Positions 30,078-40,752 of a stretch of DNA of 64,000 nucleotides are shown in pieces. The stretch covers positions 96,001 to 160,000 of the forward strand of contig JBFLZG010000126.1 in assembly GCA_040756235.1 (NCBI GenBank). Reading direction: 5' to 3'. This DNA comes from a bacterium (lineage in GTDB: Bacteria > Desulfobacterota > DSWW01). The position numbers and the translations under genes were made by a program. The notes below the pieces were generated by a model. The model was not told the origin of the DNA. It worked only from the letters and a program-made list of their open reading frames with translations, and searched no databases. The stretch's first letter is position 1; every line of letters starts with the position of its first letter.

Positions 30078-31691
30078 ATGAAAAAGAACATTTCTCGATC
30101 CGAATTTCATCCTGCCCCTCTGGGGGCGGCGTGGCTGCTCCTGGCGGTGGTGCTGGCCCTGGCGTCGGCAGCCGGCCGGGTCCAGGCTTTCGAGCCCGGC
30201 ACGCTCAAGCTGGGAACGATCGAGATCCATCCCTCCATCGCCAGCGAAGTTTTGTACTGCGACAACATCACCCTGAGCCACGATGCCGAGTCCGACGTGG
30301 TTTTCAAGGAGGTCGCGGGCCTGTCGCTGCTGTGGGGAAGGACGTACGTTCCGATCCAGGGGCCCAGGGTCGGCAATCCGTTCGGCCTGACCGAGGATTT
30401 CCTGGTCGGCCTCTATCTGACGCGGCTTCTCCCTCTGGGAGAGCGTGGATACCTGGGCGCCGGCCGGCCGGCCGTGAGCGTCGGCAGGCCGATCGAGAGC
30501 GCCATCCTGAGCGGGCTGAAGCTGCGCAGGGCGTCGTTGTCTCTCGATTACGAGCCGCAGATCGTCCGCCTCGTGGAACATCCCGAGCTCAACTCGATCG
30601 ATCACGAGCTGAGCTTTGCCGGCGACTTGCGTTTCCCCGGCGGCCTGTACGTGCGCCTGGACGACGGCTTCGTCAGCTCCTCGGCCATCAACAGCTTCCG
30701 CCGGGAGGTGGCCGACCTCACCGCCGCCCAGAGGTCCGAGGGGATCGGCTTTCAGACCAACCTGCTTTCCTTCACGGTCGGCTACAACTTCTACGCCGAC
30801 TACGCCGTGTTCCTGACCTATTCGAACTACCTCTTCTTCCTGGACGGGTTCGATGCCAGTCAGGTGCTTTCCGGGCTGGACCTGCCGGGCTTCGACGTCG
30901 AGCTGAGCGGTGTGGATTCCGGAACCCTGGGGTCGAGCCTGCAAACGCTCGGCATCTATTTCGCCACCGTGCTGCGGCGGAAGACGACCCTGTCCCTCGG
31001 GTACATCGTGGGTAGGCTCGAGGGAAATCTTGATGACTTCGGGCTCGAGGTACGCCTCCCGGAGGAGCTCCCGCCGCTCGCGGCGCGGATCCGTGGAGAC
31101 CCCCGTGACGCCGACCTGCAGGAGTTGCGCCTCGGGTTCCAGCGCGCCTTGACGAGCGCGCAATCCGTTTTCGGCTGGCCGGTCCCCAAGACGGTGCTGG
31201 AAGGCTCTTTCTCGTTTCAGTGGCGGGACTTCAAGAGATCGCGCCTCGTGCTCGAGGCCGCGGGTGAGCCCTTTCTCGAGCTGCCCTTCAAGCGCGAGAG
31301 CTTCCACGAGTATTTCTTCAACCTCCGGCTCGTCTCCCAGCTTCGTCCCCGCACCCAGGTCCGCGTGGGGGTGGACCGGTATCCCCGGGAAGCGGTCGGC
31401 GGCAGCGGCAACGTCGCGATCGACTGGGAGTCCTTTGTCTCCGTCTCCCAGGGGATCCGGGAAAAGCTGTTGTTCGACGTCAGCGGCCTGGTGCGCTACA
31501 GCGAACAACCCTATGCCGATGCCGGCGGCAACGACTTCCTGGACTACCAGGCCGAGGCTTCCCTGTCCTACCGCATCCAGACCTGGCTGCAGGCCGGAGT
31601 CTCCTATCAATTTCTTGCGCGTGATGCGGACAACCACTATAATGCCTACCGGTCCCACAGGGCTCGCCTGCGGGCTCTTGTTTTGTTCTGA
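30078..31691 (+). CDS. Outer membrane beta-barrel protein associated with polysaccharide export
   Basis: Signal peptide (VQA-F), alternating amphipathic strands, C-terminal Phe (LRALVLF); immediately upstream of wza-wzc. Confidence 0.7.
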   Translation: MKKNISRSEFHPAPLGAAWLLLAVVLALASAAGRVQAFEPGTLKLGTIEIHPSIASEVLYCDNITLSHDAESDVVFKEVAGLSLLWGRTYVPIQGPRVGNPFGLTEDFLVGLYLTRLLPLGERGYLGAGRPAVSVGRPIESAILSGLKLRRASLSLDYEPQIVRLVEHPELNSIDHELSFAGDLRFPGGLYVRLDDGFVSSSAINSFRREVADLTAAQRSEGIGFQTNLLSFTVGYNFYADYAVFLTYSNYLFFLDGFDASQVLSGLDLPGFDVELSGVDSGTLGSSLQTLGIYFATVLRRKTTLSLGYIVGRLEGNLDDFGLEVRLPEELPPLAARIRGDPRDADLQELRLGFQRALTSAQSVFGWPVPKTVLEGSFSFQWRDFKRSRLVLEAAGEPFLELPFKRESFHEYFFNLRLVSQLRPRTQVRVGVDRYPREAVGGSGNVAIDWESFVSVSQGIREKLLFDVSGLVRYSEQPYADAGGNDFLDYQAEASLSYRIQTWLQAGVSYQFLARDADNHYNAYRSHRARLRALVLF

Positions 31692-31727
31692 CAGCCGTTT
31701 CGAGCGGGACCTGCGGAGCACCAGAGA

Positions 31728-32447
31728 ATGATGTGCAGGGAAAAGGAAAGCACCCCGTTCACCGAGCACCGCCCCCCTTTTCTCTTCTCTCGGATCTCCT
31801 GGATCCTGATTCTCTTCTCTTTTTCCGTGCTCGGCCTGCAGGGGTGCGGTTCCGCGGCGGCCTCGGCGGAATCCGCGGATGCCGTGAGCGCGCCGCTTCC
31901 GGAGCTCGACGCGCTGCCCGCACCCGGCCCCGCTGAGAGCCCGCCCCCCGCAGATTACCGGCTCGGCGCCGAGGACGTGATGAACATCGTGGTCTACGGC
32001 GAGCCGGACCTGACGAGCGTATCCCGGGTGAGCCGGGAAGGGTTCATCGAGCTGCCTCTCATCGGCCGGATTCAGGCCGCGGGGCTCACCACCGAGGAGC
32101 TCAAGCGGAGGATCGAGGACGCCCTGCGCGCGGGATATCTGGTGCATCCCGATGTGCAGATCATTCTCCAGCAGTACCGGCAGGAGATGGTCCATCTGTT
32201 CGGCCAGGTGGGCACCCCCGGTCCGTTCCGCATCACCCATCGCGACACGCTGATGGAAGTCATCTCCAAGGCGGGCGGCTTCACGCCCATCGCGAACCGC
32301 AAGAAGGTCAAGGTCATCCGCAAGGATGAGAACGGGAGCCGCGTGATCATCGTGAACACCGTCCGCATCACGGACGATGGAAGGCTGGAGGAGGACGTTC
32401 CGCTCTCGCCGGGGGACGTGATCATCGTCCCGGAGCGCTTCTTCTGA
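31728..32447 (+). CDS. wza: Polysaccharide export (OPX/Wza-family) lipoprotein, short form
   Basis: Lipobox LQGC, Poly_export YRLGAEDV...PLIGRIQAAGLT, one SLBB domain, ends PGDVIIVPERFF. Confidence 0.85.
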   Translation: MMCREKESTPFTEHRPPFLFSRISWILILFSFSVLGLQGCGSAAASAESADAVSAPLPELDALPAPGPAESPPPADYRLGAEDVMNIVVYGEPDLTSVSRVSREGFIELPLIGRIQAAGLTTEELKRRIEDALRAGYLVHPDVQIILQQYRQEMVHLFGQVGTPGPFRITHRDTLMEVISKAGGFTPIANRKKVKVIRKDENGSRVIIVNTVRITDDGRLEEDVPLSPGDVIIVPERFF

Positions 32448-32511
32448 TCCCTTGCGCCGAACGGCTGGGACGGTCGCTGATCGATCGCCTCTCCGCATGA
32501 GAAAGCCTCAC

Positions 32512-34623
32512 ATGTATCGTCCTGAAGACTACCCGCCGGTCCACGCCAAGGAGCATCTGCGCATCCTGGCCAAACACAAGTGGACGGCCATCCTGTTCTT
32601 TTCCGCCGTGGTCGGCATGACGGCCCTCTATCTGAAGGTGACCCCGCCCCGCTACGCCGCAGAGGTCAAGATGGTGATCAAGCCCCCTCCGATCTCGCCC
32701 CTCACCATGATGAGCGAGGTCCTCTACTCGGAAGGGGTGGACATCGTGGCGAAGCGCACCTTCGTCACCACCCAGTTCGAGGTGCTGAAGTCCAGACGCC
32801 TCGCGGAGCGGGTCCTGGAGCGCACCGGGCTGTGGGAGGAGTATCGGGTGGGTCAGCCTCGAAGGAGCCTGTTGGGACCTCCCGGCCTGCGCACCCGGGA
32901 GGAGGCCGCCGAGGAATTCGCCGGGTCCATCGCCGTGGCCAGCCCGAACCTCATGAGCAACCACATCGAGCTGAGCTACGAGCACGAGGACCCGCAGGTC
33001 GCCGCCCGAGTCGCCAACGCGATCGTCGCAAGCTACGTCGAGATCCTCTATGAAGACCGTTCCGCGCGGATCCGTGAAAACCTGGAGTGGCTGCAGGCCG
33101 AGTTCAAGAAGCTGGAGCAGGATGTGCTGAATTCCGATCAGGCCCTGCAGGACTTCAAGAAGGATCGCAATCTGATCTCGGTCGACGACCGGGAGAACAT
33201 CCTGCTCCAGAAGCTCAATGCCCTGAACGCGAGCCTCATCCAATCGCGCATCGCCCGCATCGCCGCGGAAAACGCTTATCTGGACGCCAAGCAGCTCGAG
33301 ACCCACCCCAACCGGCTGGAGCGCTCCGCCGTGGTCCTGAGCACCAACCCGCAGATCCCCGCGCTCCAGGGCCAGCTGAACCTGCTGCGCACCGAGTACG
33401 CCCGCATGCAGGAGCGCTACCAGCAGAAGCACCCGAAGATGATCGAGCTCGATTCGACCCTGAAAGAGCTGGAGGGCCGCGTGCGGGCGGAGGTCCTCAA
33501 GGCGATCGAGTCTCTCAAGATCAACTACGAGCTGGCCCGGTCCCAGGAGGAATCGCTCGTCAAGGAGCTGGAGTCGGTCCAGAAGGAAGTCCTCGACCTG
33601 GGCGAGCAGCGCATCAATTACGTGCAGCTGATGAACACGTCGAAGGTGAACCGCACCGTATACGACTCCCTGCTCAACCGCTTGAAAGAGACGGTCGTGC
33701 TGCAGTCGTTCCAGACCCCGAACGACACCGTGCAGATCATCGACAGCGCCGTGCCGCCGCAGAAGCCCTCCGGCTTTCGGGTCTATTTCCTTCCGGTGGC
33801 GGCCGGTGTCGGACTCCTTCTCGGTCTGTTCCTGTGTTACGTCAAGGACTATTTCGATACCACGCTGGAGAGCGATCGCGACATCCACGAGGCCCTCCGT
33901 CTGCCCACGCTGGGCGTCCTGCCGAAGCTGAAGGGGGTGCCGGACCGGAAGCTCGGCAGCTTCGGGAAATCCACCCTCGTCCAGCCGGACGGCGCCTACG
34001 CCGACCATCTCCAGCGGCTCGCCCACGTGCTCACCCACAGGGCCGACAAAGGTCCTTTCAAGACCGTGCTGGTCATGAGTGTCTCTCCCAGGGAAGGAAA
34101 GACCTCGATCGTCTCCAACCTCGGGATCGCGCTGGCCCGGATGCGCCAGCGCGTGCTGCTCGTGGACGGCGACTTCCGCAAGCCCAGGCTGCACGAGATC
34201 TTCGCGACCGGCAACGAGCACGGCTTCCGCGACCTGCTGCAGTCGGAGCGGGATCCCGCGGACCTGATCGAGAGAACGGAGGTGGACAACCTGTTTCTCC
34301 TTCCCTCCGGTCCCGGGCTGGCGGCTGCGGCTGCGCCGGTGCTGGAGCGGGTCCGGGTCTCCGGGCTGCTCGAACAGCTCAAAGACCGTTTTGACCGGAT
34401 CCTGATCGATTCCCCGGCCCTGCTGGAGGTGCGGGACGGAGCGGCCCTGGCCACGGCGGCGGACGCGGTCCTGTGGGTCGTGGCCGCCGGCCGCACCACG
34501 CGCGAGCGGGCTTTCTGGGCCCTGCAATCGCTCACCCTCCTCGACCGGCAGATCCTCGGCGTGGTGCTCAACGGCGTGCGCTTCCTGCGCGGACCCACCG
34601 ACTACTACGCGAACAAGCGCTGA
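32512..34623 (+). CDS. wzc: Polysaccharide co-polymerase / tyrosine autokinase (Wzc/GumC); start approximate
   Basis: Two TM helices around a coiled coil (YQQKHPKM); Walker A PREGKT, DGDFRKP and ILIDSP motifs. Confidence 0.88.
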   Translation: MYRPEDYPPVHAKEHLRILAKHKWTAILFFSAVVGMTALYLKVTPPRYAAEVKMVIKPPPISPLTMMSEVLYSEGVDIVAKRTFVTTQFEVLKSRRLAERVLERTGLWEEYRVGQPRRSLLGPPGLRTREEAAEEFAGSIAVASPNLMSNHIELSYEHEDPQVAARVANAIVASYVEILYEDRSARIRENLEWLQAEFKKLEQDVLNSDQALQDFKKDRNLISVDDRENILLQKLNALNASLIQSRIARIAAENAYLDAKQLETHPNRLERSAVVLSTNPQIPALQGQLNLLRTEYARMQERYQQKHPKMIELDSTLKELEGRVRAEVLKAIESLKINYELARSQEESLVKELESVQKEVLDLGEQRINYVQLMNTSKVNRTVYDSLLNRLKETVVLQSFQTPNDTVQIIDSAVPPQKPSGFRVYFLPVAAGVGLLLGLFLCYVKDYFDTTLESDRDIHEALRLPTLGVLPKLKGVPDRKLGSFGKSTLVQPDGAYADHLQRLAHVLTHRADKGPFKTVLVMSVSPREGKTSIVSNLGIALARMRQRVLLVDGDFRKPRLHEIFATGNEHGFRDLLQSERDPADLIERTEVDNLFLLPSGPGLAAAAAPVLERVRVSGLLEQLKDRFDRILIDSPALLEVRDGAALATAADAVLWVVAAGRTTRERAFWALQSLTLLDRQILGVVLNGVRFLRGPTDYYANKR

Positions 34624-36311
34624 TGGGCGCGGCGGGAGCGGGTGAAGATCACGCCGCCGTTTCGGCCCTGCCGGCTTCCGGCCGGAAGAAGACGGGCCGC
34701 TACCTGCTGTTCGTCCTGCTCGTGTCCTTCCTCCTGCGGTGGGCCCTGCTCGAGTGCAAGGAAGTCGTGGGAACGGACGAGGTCATCTATCTGGCCCTGG
34801 GCAAGAGCCTGTGGCACGGCCAGGGCTTCCGGCTGCTCGACCATCCGGTGACGCAGTGCCCTCCCCTGCTGCCGCTCGTGACCGGCTTGTTCTCCCGGTT
34901 CACGGAGAACCTGGAAGCCGGGACGAACTTCACGTACGTCTTCTTCGGCGGGCTCCTGGTCCTGCCCTATTTCCATCTCGCCCGCCGGGTGCACGGGGAA
35001 CGGGTGGCGCGTCTGGCGGCGCTCCTGCTGGCCTGCTATCCGGGCCTGCTCCTCTCCTTCTACTGGGGCTCCATGACGGAGCCGCTGTACACCTTTCTGC
35101 TCGTCTGCGCCTTTCTCTTCGCGCACCGGGCGCTCCGGGAGGGCACCGCCCGCGACTTTGCGCTGTGCGGGATCCTGCTGGCGCTGGTCTACCTGACGCG
35201 CTCGGAAGGCGTGCTGTTCTTGCCGGCTTTCTGGCTCCTGGCCGTCGTCAGCCTCGGCGTGCAGGGAAGGCTCCTCCAGTGGAAGTCGATGCGCAACCTC
35301 GCGCTCATGGCCGTCTGCTTCGCGCTCGTCAGCGCCCCTTACCCGCTCTTTCTCAAGAAACATTCGGGCGGGCTCAGCGTCAGCGGCAAGACCAAGCTCA
35401 TCCTGCTGGCAGGAGCGATGAATCCGGTCGAGCGCGAGCGGCTTCTCGGGAAGCTCACCGAGGACGGCGGGGAGCTGTTCGATTATCAGGAGCTGGTCCG
35501 GGGCAAGACCGTGCTCGGCATGATCCTGGAGAACCCGAAGGTGCTGCTCGGAGGCTCTGCGCTCCAGGCGGTGCGCTTTGTTTCGACCCTGCTCTCCTGG
35601 AAGGTGTTTCCCGCGTTTCTCTTGGGGTTCGTCGTGCTCGGCCTGTTCCGCGATCCCTGGGACCGGGCGCGTTTGAAAAATGAAGGATTCCTCCTGTTCG
35701 CGTGTCTTCCTTTCCTGGTCTTTCTCACGTTCCACGTCTGGCCCCGCTATCTTCTGCCCATGACCCCGGTCCTGCTGCTGGGCGCCGCGCGCGGGGTTTG
35801 CGCCCTCGAGGACTGGCTGCGGGAGACCGCCGAGCGGATCGGCGGAGCGCTCGAGCGGAGCAGGCGGCGCATCCTGTGGATCCCCCGGCTTGCCGTTTTT
35901 CTGCCCCTTGCGGTCATCCTGGCGGCCAAGCCGATCAAGGCCAAGATGCTCGTTCAGTACCCGATCGAATACAAGAGCGCGGGCCGTTGGATGGACGCCC
36001 ATCTGCCCGAGGACGCCCGCATCCTGGCCCGCAAGCCGGAGATTGCGTACTACGCGCGCCGCATCATGCACCCCCTGCCCAACGAGGACCTGGCGCGCGT
36101 CCTGCAGTACGCCAGGGCGCAGAGCGTCGAGTATCTGGTCGTGGACGAATTCTTCATCGCCACCCGGCCTCAGCTCGAACCCCTCCTGCACGCCGGCGAT
36201 CTTCCCCAGGATCTTCGCCTCCTCCACGAGGAGAGCGCGCCTTCGGGGCGAAGCATCCGCGTCTTCCAGATCCTCGGGGCGACCGGACCGCCGGATACCG
36301 ACGGAGGGTGA
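34623..36311 (+). CDS. GT-C (ArnT/PMT_2-like) membrane glycosyltransferase
   Basis: GTDEVIY acidic loop after TM1, PPLLP, MTEPLY, LTRSEG, PRYLLP; start overlaps the wzc stop. Confidence 0.75.
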   Translation: MGAAGAGEDHAAVSALPASGRKKTGRYLLFVLLVSFLLRWALLECKEVVGTDEVIYLALGKSLWHGQGFRLLDHPVTQCPPLLPLVTGLFSRFTENLEAGTNFTYVFFGGLLVLPYFHLARRVHGERVARLAALLLACYPGLLLSFYWGSMTEPLYTFLLVCAFLFAHRALREGTARDFALCGILLALVYLTRSEGVLFLPAFWLLAVVSLGVQGRLLQWKSMRNLALMAVCFALVSAPYPLFLKKHSGGLSVSGKTKLILLAGAMNPVERERLLGKLTEDGGELFDYQELVRGKTVLGMILENPKVLLGGSALQAVRFVSTLLSWKVFPAFLLGFVVLGLFRDPWDRARLKNEGFLLFACLPFLVFLTFHVWPRYLLPMTPVLLLGAARGVCALEDWLRETAERIGGALERSRRRILWIPRLAVFLPLAVILAAKPIKAKMLVQYPIEYKSAGRWMDAHLPEDARILARKPEIAYYARRIMHPLPNEDLARVLQYARAQSVEYLVVDEFFIATRPQLEPLLHAGDLPQDLRLLHEESAPSGRSIRVFQILGATGPPDTDGG

Positions 36312-38017
36312 ACGTGGCCCGCTTCAAGCCTCGCGCACGGAATCTCCCGGGGTGGCTCCTGCTGGTTGCGGCGCTCGCCCCCGGCGTCTACTTCCGCATC
36401 ACCGATCTCTCCGGCCAGGGACCGCGCCTCTGGGACGAAGGCATCTACCTGCAGGAGGCCCGGTTCCTGTACACCCTGACGCAAGCCGTCTGGGACAGCG
36501 CCGTGCTCAAGGGACGGGAGGCGGTCACCCGGGAGGACCTGTGGAAGAAGGACGAACAGATCGCCGCTCTCGGCCGCCGCATCCGGGGGGCCCCGCCGAT
36601 CTTCGGCCGAGTCACGCATGACGCCACCCTCGCCCTGGGGATGCTCGTCTGGGGGCCGCAAGACGCGGCCGTGGGTGCGCGCGTGAACGCGCTCACCGGC
36701 ATCCTCTCGCTGTTCTTGCTCTACGGTCTGGCAAGGCGCCTGTACGGCTCGCGGGCGGCCTTCTTCGCCACTCTCGTGTTCTCGCTCATGGGCTACCACA
36801 TCCATTACTGCCGCAGCACGATGGCCGAGACCACGACCGTGGCGTTCCTGATTGCGGCCTTCCACTTCTACGCCGCCAGCCGGACCCTGCGCGAACACCG
36901 TTCCTCGAGGTCGCTGGCCCTGGCCGCGCTGCTGCTGGGGCTCGCCTTCACCACGCACAACCGCATGATCGTCGCGTGGGGTCTGTTCGTCCTGCTCGAG
37001 GCGCGCTTCTGGATTTGCGGACCTGCGCCCGTGCGCCTGCGCCGTTTCGCGGCCTTTCACGTCTTCTTCCTTCTGCCCCTGGTCGCCTGGGAGCTGCCTT
37101 ACTACCTGGCGTTCCTGGCGACCAAGCACATGAACATCGTCGTATCCGCCCCGACCTACTTCGAGCAGGTCGTGGTGGCTCTCGGCAGGTCCGCCCTTTG
37201 GGGCTATATTTCCAAGGCCTACCGACTCGACGGCTTTCTGACCTTCCCCTACCTCATGGCCGTGAGCTGCGGGGTCCTCCCTCTGGCCCTCGCGGCCGCA
37301 GGGCTCGTGGCGGGCCTGCGGCGCAGGTCTCCTGCCGACCTCCTGGTCGCCTCCTGGTTCCTGCTGCCTTACTGCCTCTACAGCTTCACCACCGCCGGGC
37401 TCGCGCGCGTCTTTACCGTCCTCCTTCCTGCCGCCGCGCTGCTGGCCGGCTCCCTGTGGGCCGACGGCTCGAAGGAGCCCTGGTTTCCCCGCATCAGGGC
37501 CGGCGCCGGGCCGTTCTGGGTGCAGACCGCCGCCGTCGTCCTGCTGCTGGGAAACGGTCTCTACTTCGGCTGGCGGTCTGCGCGCTCCGAAGACGGGTAC
37601 GCGGAAGTGGCCGAGCGGCTCCGGGCCCGCGGGGAAGAGGGGATCGTCACCACCAACGTTCCGGTCCTGGAGGTCTACTGCGGACAGGAACGGGTCGCGA
37701 ATGTGCCGCCCGCCTCGCGCCAGGAGTTGGAGGCGCTGTTCGAGAACGGCCATCGGTATTATGTGATCGACTGCAACCGGCAGCTGTACGCCTGGTTTCA
37801 GAAGGAGCGCGTCGAGGTGATGGATGCGGTCGCGGCGGCGGCCGCGCCGGTGACGATCGTCCCCAACCCGTTCGTGCGCGACCCGCTGACCCTGTTCGAG
37901 GCCAACCTGTTCTTCTGGGACACCCTGCGCCTGCAGGGCGAAGTCGAGCGGCTTGCACTCGACCGTATCGAGGTCTATGATTTCGGCCAGCTTTTTCAGC
38001 CGCACCCCGGACCCTGA
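36308..38017 (+). CDS. GT-C (ArnT/PMT_2-like) membrane glycosyltransferase
   Basis: LWDEGIY after TM1, ARVNALTG, RSTMAE, many TM helices; GTGA overlap with the upstream gene. Confidence 0.75.
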   Translation: MNVARFKPRARNLPGWLLLVAALAPGVYFRITDLSGQGPRLWDEGIYLQEARFLYTLTQAVWDSAVLKGREAVTREDLWKKDEQIAALGRRIRGAPPIFGRVTHDATLALGMLVWGPQDAAVGARVNALTGILSLFLLYGLARRLYGSRAAFFATLVFSLMGYHIHYCRSTMAETTTVAFLIAAFHFYAASRTLREHRSSRSLALAALLLGLAFTTHNRMIVAWGLFVLLEARFWICGPAPVRLRRFAAFHVFFLLPLVAWELPYYLAFLATKHMNIVVSAPTYFEQVVVALGRSALWGYISKAYRLDGFLTFPYLMAVSCGVLPLALAAAGLVAGLRRRSPADLLVASWFLLPYCLYSFTTAGLARVFTVLLPAAALLAGSLWADGSKEPWFPRIRAGAGPFWVQTAAVVLLLGNGLYFGWRSARSEDGYAEVAERLRARGEEGIVTTNVPVLEVYCGQERVANVPPASRQELEALFENGHRYYVIDCNRQLYAWFQKERVEVMDAVAAAAAPVTIVPNPFVRDPLTLFEANLFFWDTLRLQGEVERLALDRIEVYDFGQLFQPHPGP

Positions 38018-38086
38018 GCCGCCTGGCCCGCACGGGGCCGAATCCCGGGCACAGAATCCTCCAACAGGGAACGAACAGGATCGTCC

Positions 38087-38863
38087 ATGTACGGTGCTCA
38101 CACGGTGACGGTCGTCATCCCGGCGTACAACGAGGAGGCGACGATCGCTGCGGTCATTCGGGACTTCAGAAGCCAGCAGCCGCTGCTGGACGAGATTCTC
38201 ATCGTCGACAACAACTCCGGGGATCGAACCGCGGAGATCGCCCGCCTGGAGGGAGCGCGCGTGATCCGGGAGGAGAAGCAGGGTTACGGGAACGCCCTGC
38301 GCTCCGGCATGGATCACGCTGCCGGAGACATTCTCATCCTGTGTGAGGCCGACGGCAGTTTTCGGGCTTCGGACCTGAACAAGTTCCTCGCCTACATCCA
38401 CGACGCCGGCATGGTCGTCGGCACGCGCACGACCAAGCAGATGATCGATCAGGGGGCGCGGATGACCTTCCTCATCCGCATGGCGAACATCGCCGTGGCC
38501 AAGTTTCTCGAGCTCCTGTGGTTCTTCACCAACGAGACGAGGTTCACCGACATCGGCTGCACCTATCGGGGCTTGTGGAGGGACGTTTACGGCCGCATAC
38601 GCTCGGGGCTGCACGCCAACGGCCCCGATTTCTCCCCCGAGATGATGGCCGAGGCGTTGCGCTGCCGGATCAAGGTCGTCGAGATCCCGGTGAAATACTT
38701 CCAGAGGGAGGGAGGCGAGTCCAAGCATTCTCTGAGCTATTACCACCTGGCCAGGACCGCGTTGAAGATGATTCGAGTCATCATCCGCAAGCGCCTGGAG
38801 CCGAACCGCTGCGACCAGCTGCCGCAGCGCGGATGCGATGGACAGGGGCACGTGCATGGATAG
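38087..38863 (+). CDS. GT2 polyprenol-phosphate glycosyltransferase (DPM1-like)
   Basis: VVIPAYNEE, VDNNSGD, QGYG, EADG, FTDIGC and REGGESK motifs. Confidence 0.85.
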   Translation: MYGAHTVTVVIPAYNEEATIAAVIRDFRSQQPLLDEILIVDNNSGDRTAEIARLEGARVIREEKQGYGNALRSGMDHAAGDILILCEADGSFRASDLNKFLAYIHDAGMVVGTRTTKQMIDQGARMTFLIRMANIAVAKFLELLWFFTNETRFTDIGCTYRGLWRDVYGRIRSGLHANGPDFSPEMMAEALRCRIKVVEIPVKYFQREGGESKHSLSYYHLARTALKMIRVIIRKRLEPNRCDQLPQRGCDGQGHVHG

Positions 38864-39806
38864 CGGAAGCTGCGTCGGGGTCATTCTTGCCGCCGGGCGG
38901 GGGACGCGCATGGCCCCTTTCAGCCAGCGCTTTCCCAAGCCGCTGCTGCCGATCTGCAACCGACCCATTCTGGAGTATCAGATCGCCTACATGAAGAGCG
39001 CCGGGATCCAGGACATCATCCTCGTCATCGGCCACCTCGGGTACGCGATCGCCCGCCATTTCGGAGACGGGGACAACTTCGGGGTGCGCATCCGCTACGT
39101 GGAGCAGGAAGAGACGCTGGGGATCGCGCACGCCGTGGGGCGGCTGGAACCGTACATCCGGATGCCGTTCCTGCTCTTCCTGGGGGACATCTTCTTCATC
39201 ACCGAGGACCTATCGGTCATGATCGATCTGATGTCCAGGGAGCGCGCGAGCGCCGTGCTGGCCGTCAAGAAAGAAGAGAATCCCGAGGCGATCAAGCGCA
39301 ACTTCGCCGTTCTCCTGAACGAGCAGGGGCGGGTGAAGCGCGTCATCGAGAAGCCCCGCTACGTCACCAACTCGATCAAGGGCTGCGGCCTGTACCTGTT
39401 CGACCTGCACATCTTCGACGCCATCCGCCGCACCCCTCGGACCGCCATGCGGGACGAATACGAGATCACCGACTCCATCCAGATCCTGGTGGACGACGGG
39501 TTTCCCGTGCTCGCGTCCGAGATCGTGCACCAGGACATGAACGTCTCCTATCCGCAGGATCTGCTCCTGTGCAGCCTGGAAGAGCTGAAGCACCTCGGCG
39601 TCGCTTGCCTGCAGGGCCGGGACTGCCGGCTTCATCCGGGTGTGCGCCTGGAGCGCTCGGTCCTGGGCGACCGCGTCACCGTGACACGCCCCATCTCGAT
39701 CACCGACACCATCGTCTTCTCGGACACGGTGGTCGATTCCAGAGAGAACCTGGACAAGTGCATCGTCACGCCGGAGACGATGATCGATTGCAGATGCTTC
39801 TTCTGA
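38856..39806 (+). CDS. Sugar-1-phosphate nucleotidyltransferase (RmlA-like)
   Basis: GVILAAGRGTRM, PKPLLPI, LGD, IEKP and EYEITD motifs. Confidence 0.88.
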   Translation: MDSGSCVGVILAAGRGTRMAPFSQRFPKPLLPICNRPILEYQIAYMKSAGIQDIILVIGHLGYAIARHFGDGDNFGVRIRYVEQEETLGIAHAVGRLEPYIRMPFLLFLGDIFFITEDLSVMIDLMSRERASAVLAVKKEENPEAIKRNFAVLLNEQGRVKRVIEKPRYVTNSIKGCGLYLFDLHIFDAIRRTPRTAMRDEYEITDSIQILVDDGFPVLASEIVHQDMNVSYPQDLLLCSLEELKHLGVACLQGRDCRLHPGVRLERSVLGDRVTVTRPISITDTIVFSDTVVDSRENLDKCIVTPETMIDCRCFF

Positions 39807-39825
39807 TCGGGAAGGAGAACGACCT

Positions 39826-40752
39826 GTGAACGCGGGCGGCGTACTGGTGACCGGAGGAGCCGGCTTCATCGGCTCTCATCTGGCAGAGGCTCTCGTGGAG
39901 CGCGGCTACCGCGTGAACGTGCTCGACAACCTCTCCATGGGCAAACGCGAGAACGTCCCGCCGCAAGCCCGGTTCTTCCACGGGGACATCCTGGATCGGC
40001 CCTTGGTCGAGCAGGCGCTGGAGGGCACGGAGGCGGTTTTTCATCTGGCAGCGCGGGTGGCGATCCGGGACTCGAACAACCACTTCTTCGAGGACGCCCA
40101 GACCAACCTGATGGGCACCCTGCACCTGCTGAACCGCTGCGGGGTCCGGGGCATCCGCAAGTTCATTCTGGCCTCTTCCATGGCCGTTTATGCGGACCGC
40201 GACGGTCCGACGCCGATCCCCGAGACCTTCACCACCGAGCCGCTCTCGCCCTACGGGATCGCCAAGCTCGCGGCCGAGAAGTATACCCTTCTCCTGTCGA
40301 AGCTGTTCGGCATGGAGGGGATCTGCCTGAGGTATTTCAACGTGTACGGGCCGCGCCAGACGTTCACCCCCTACGTCGGCGTGATCACCATCTTCATCCG
40401 GAGCCTGCAGAAGGGGGTTGCCCCGGTCATCTTCGGGGACGGGAAACAGCGTCGCGACTTCATCCACGTGGAGGACGTGACGCGGGCCAACCTCCTGGCC
40501 CTGGAATCCGACCTGGCCGGGGAAATCCTGAACGTGGGTACGGGTCGAGGAACGTCCGTGCTGGAGATCGCGCAGATGCTCACCGGCAAGCTGGGGCCGC
40601 ACTTGGAGCCGGTCTACCAGATCCGCCACCCCGGTGAGCTCCGGAATTCGATTGCCGACGTCTCGAAAATCAGGAACCTCCTGGGATTCCAGGCCAGGAA
40701 AGAGCTCCGGGAGAAGATCGACGAGATCATTGAATGGAACCGGGCGCAATAG
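39826..40752 (+). CDS. NAD-dependent epimerase/dehydratase (extended SDR)
   Basis: [24 protein letters not shown] and [12 protein letters not shown] motifs. Confidence 0.9.
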   Translation: MNAGGVLVTGGAGFIGSHLAEALVERGYRVNVLDNLSMGKRENVPPQARFFHGDILDRPLVEQALEGTEAVFHLAARVAIRDSNNHFFEDAQTNLMGTLHLLNRCGVRGIRKFILASSMAVYADRDGPTPIPETFTTEPLSPYGIAKLAAEKYTLLLSKLFGMEGICLRYFNVYGPRQTFTPYVGVITIFIRSLQKGVAPVIFGDGKQRRDFIHVEDVTRANLLALESDLAGEILNVGTGRGTSVLEIAQMLTGKLGPHLEPVYQIRHPGELRNSIADVSKIRNLLGFQARKELREKIDEIIEWNRAQ

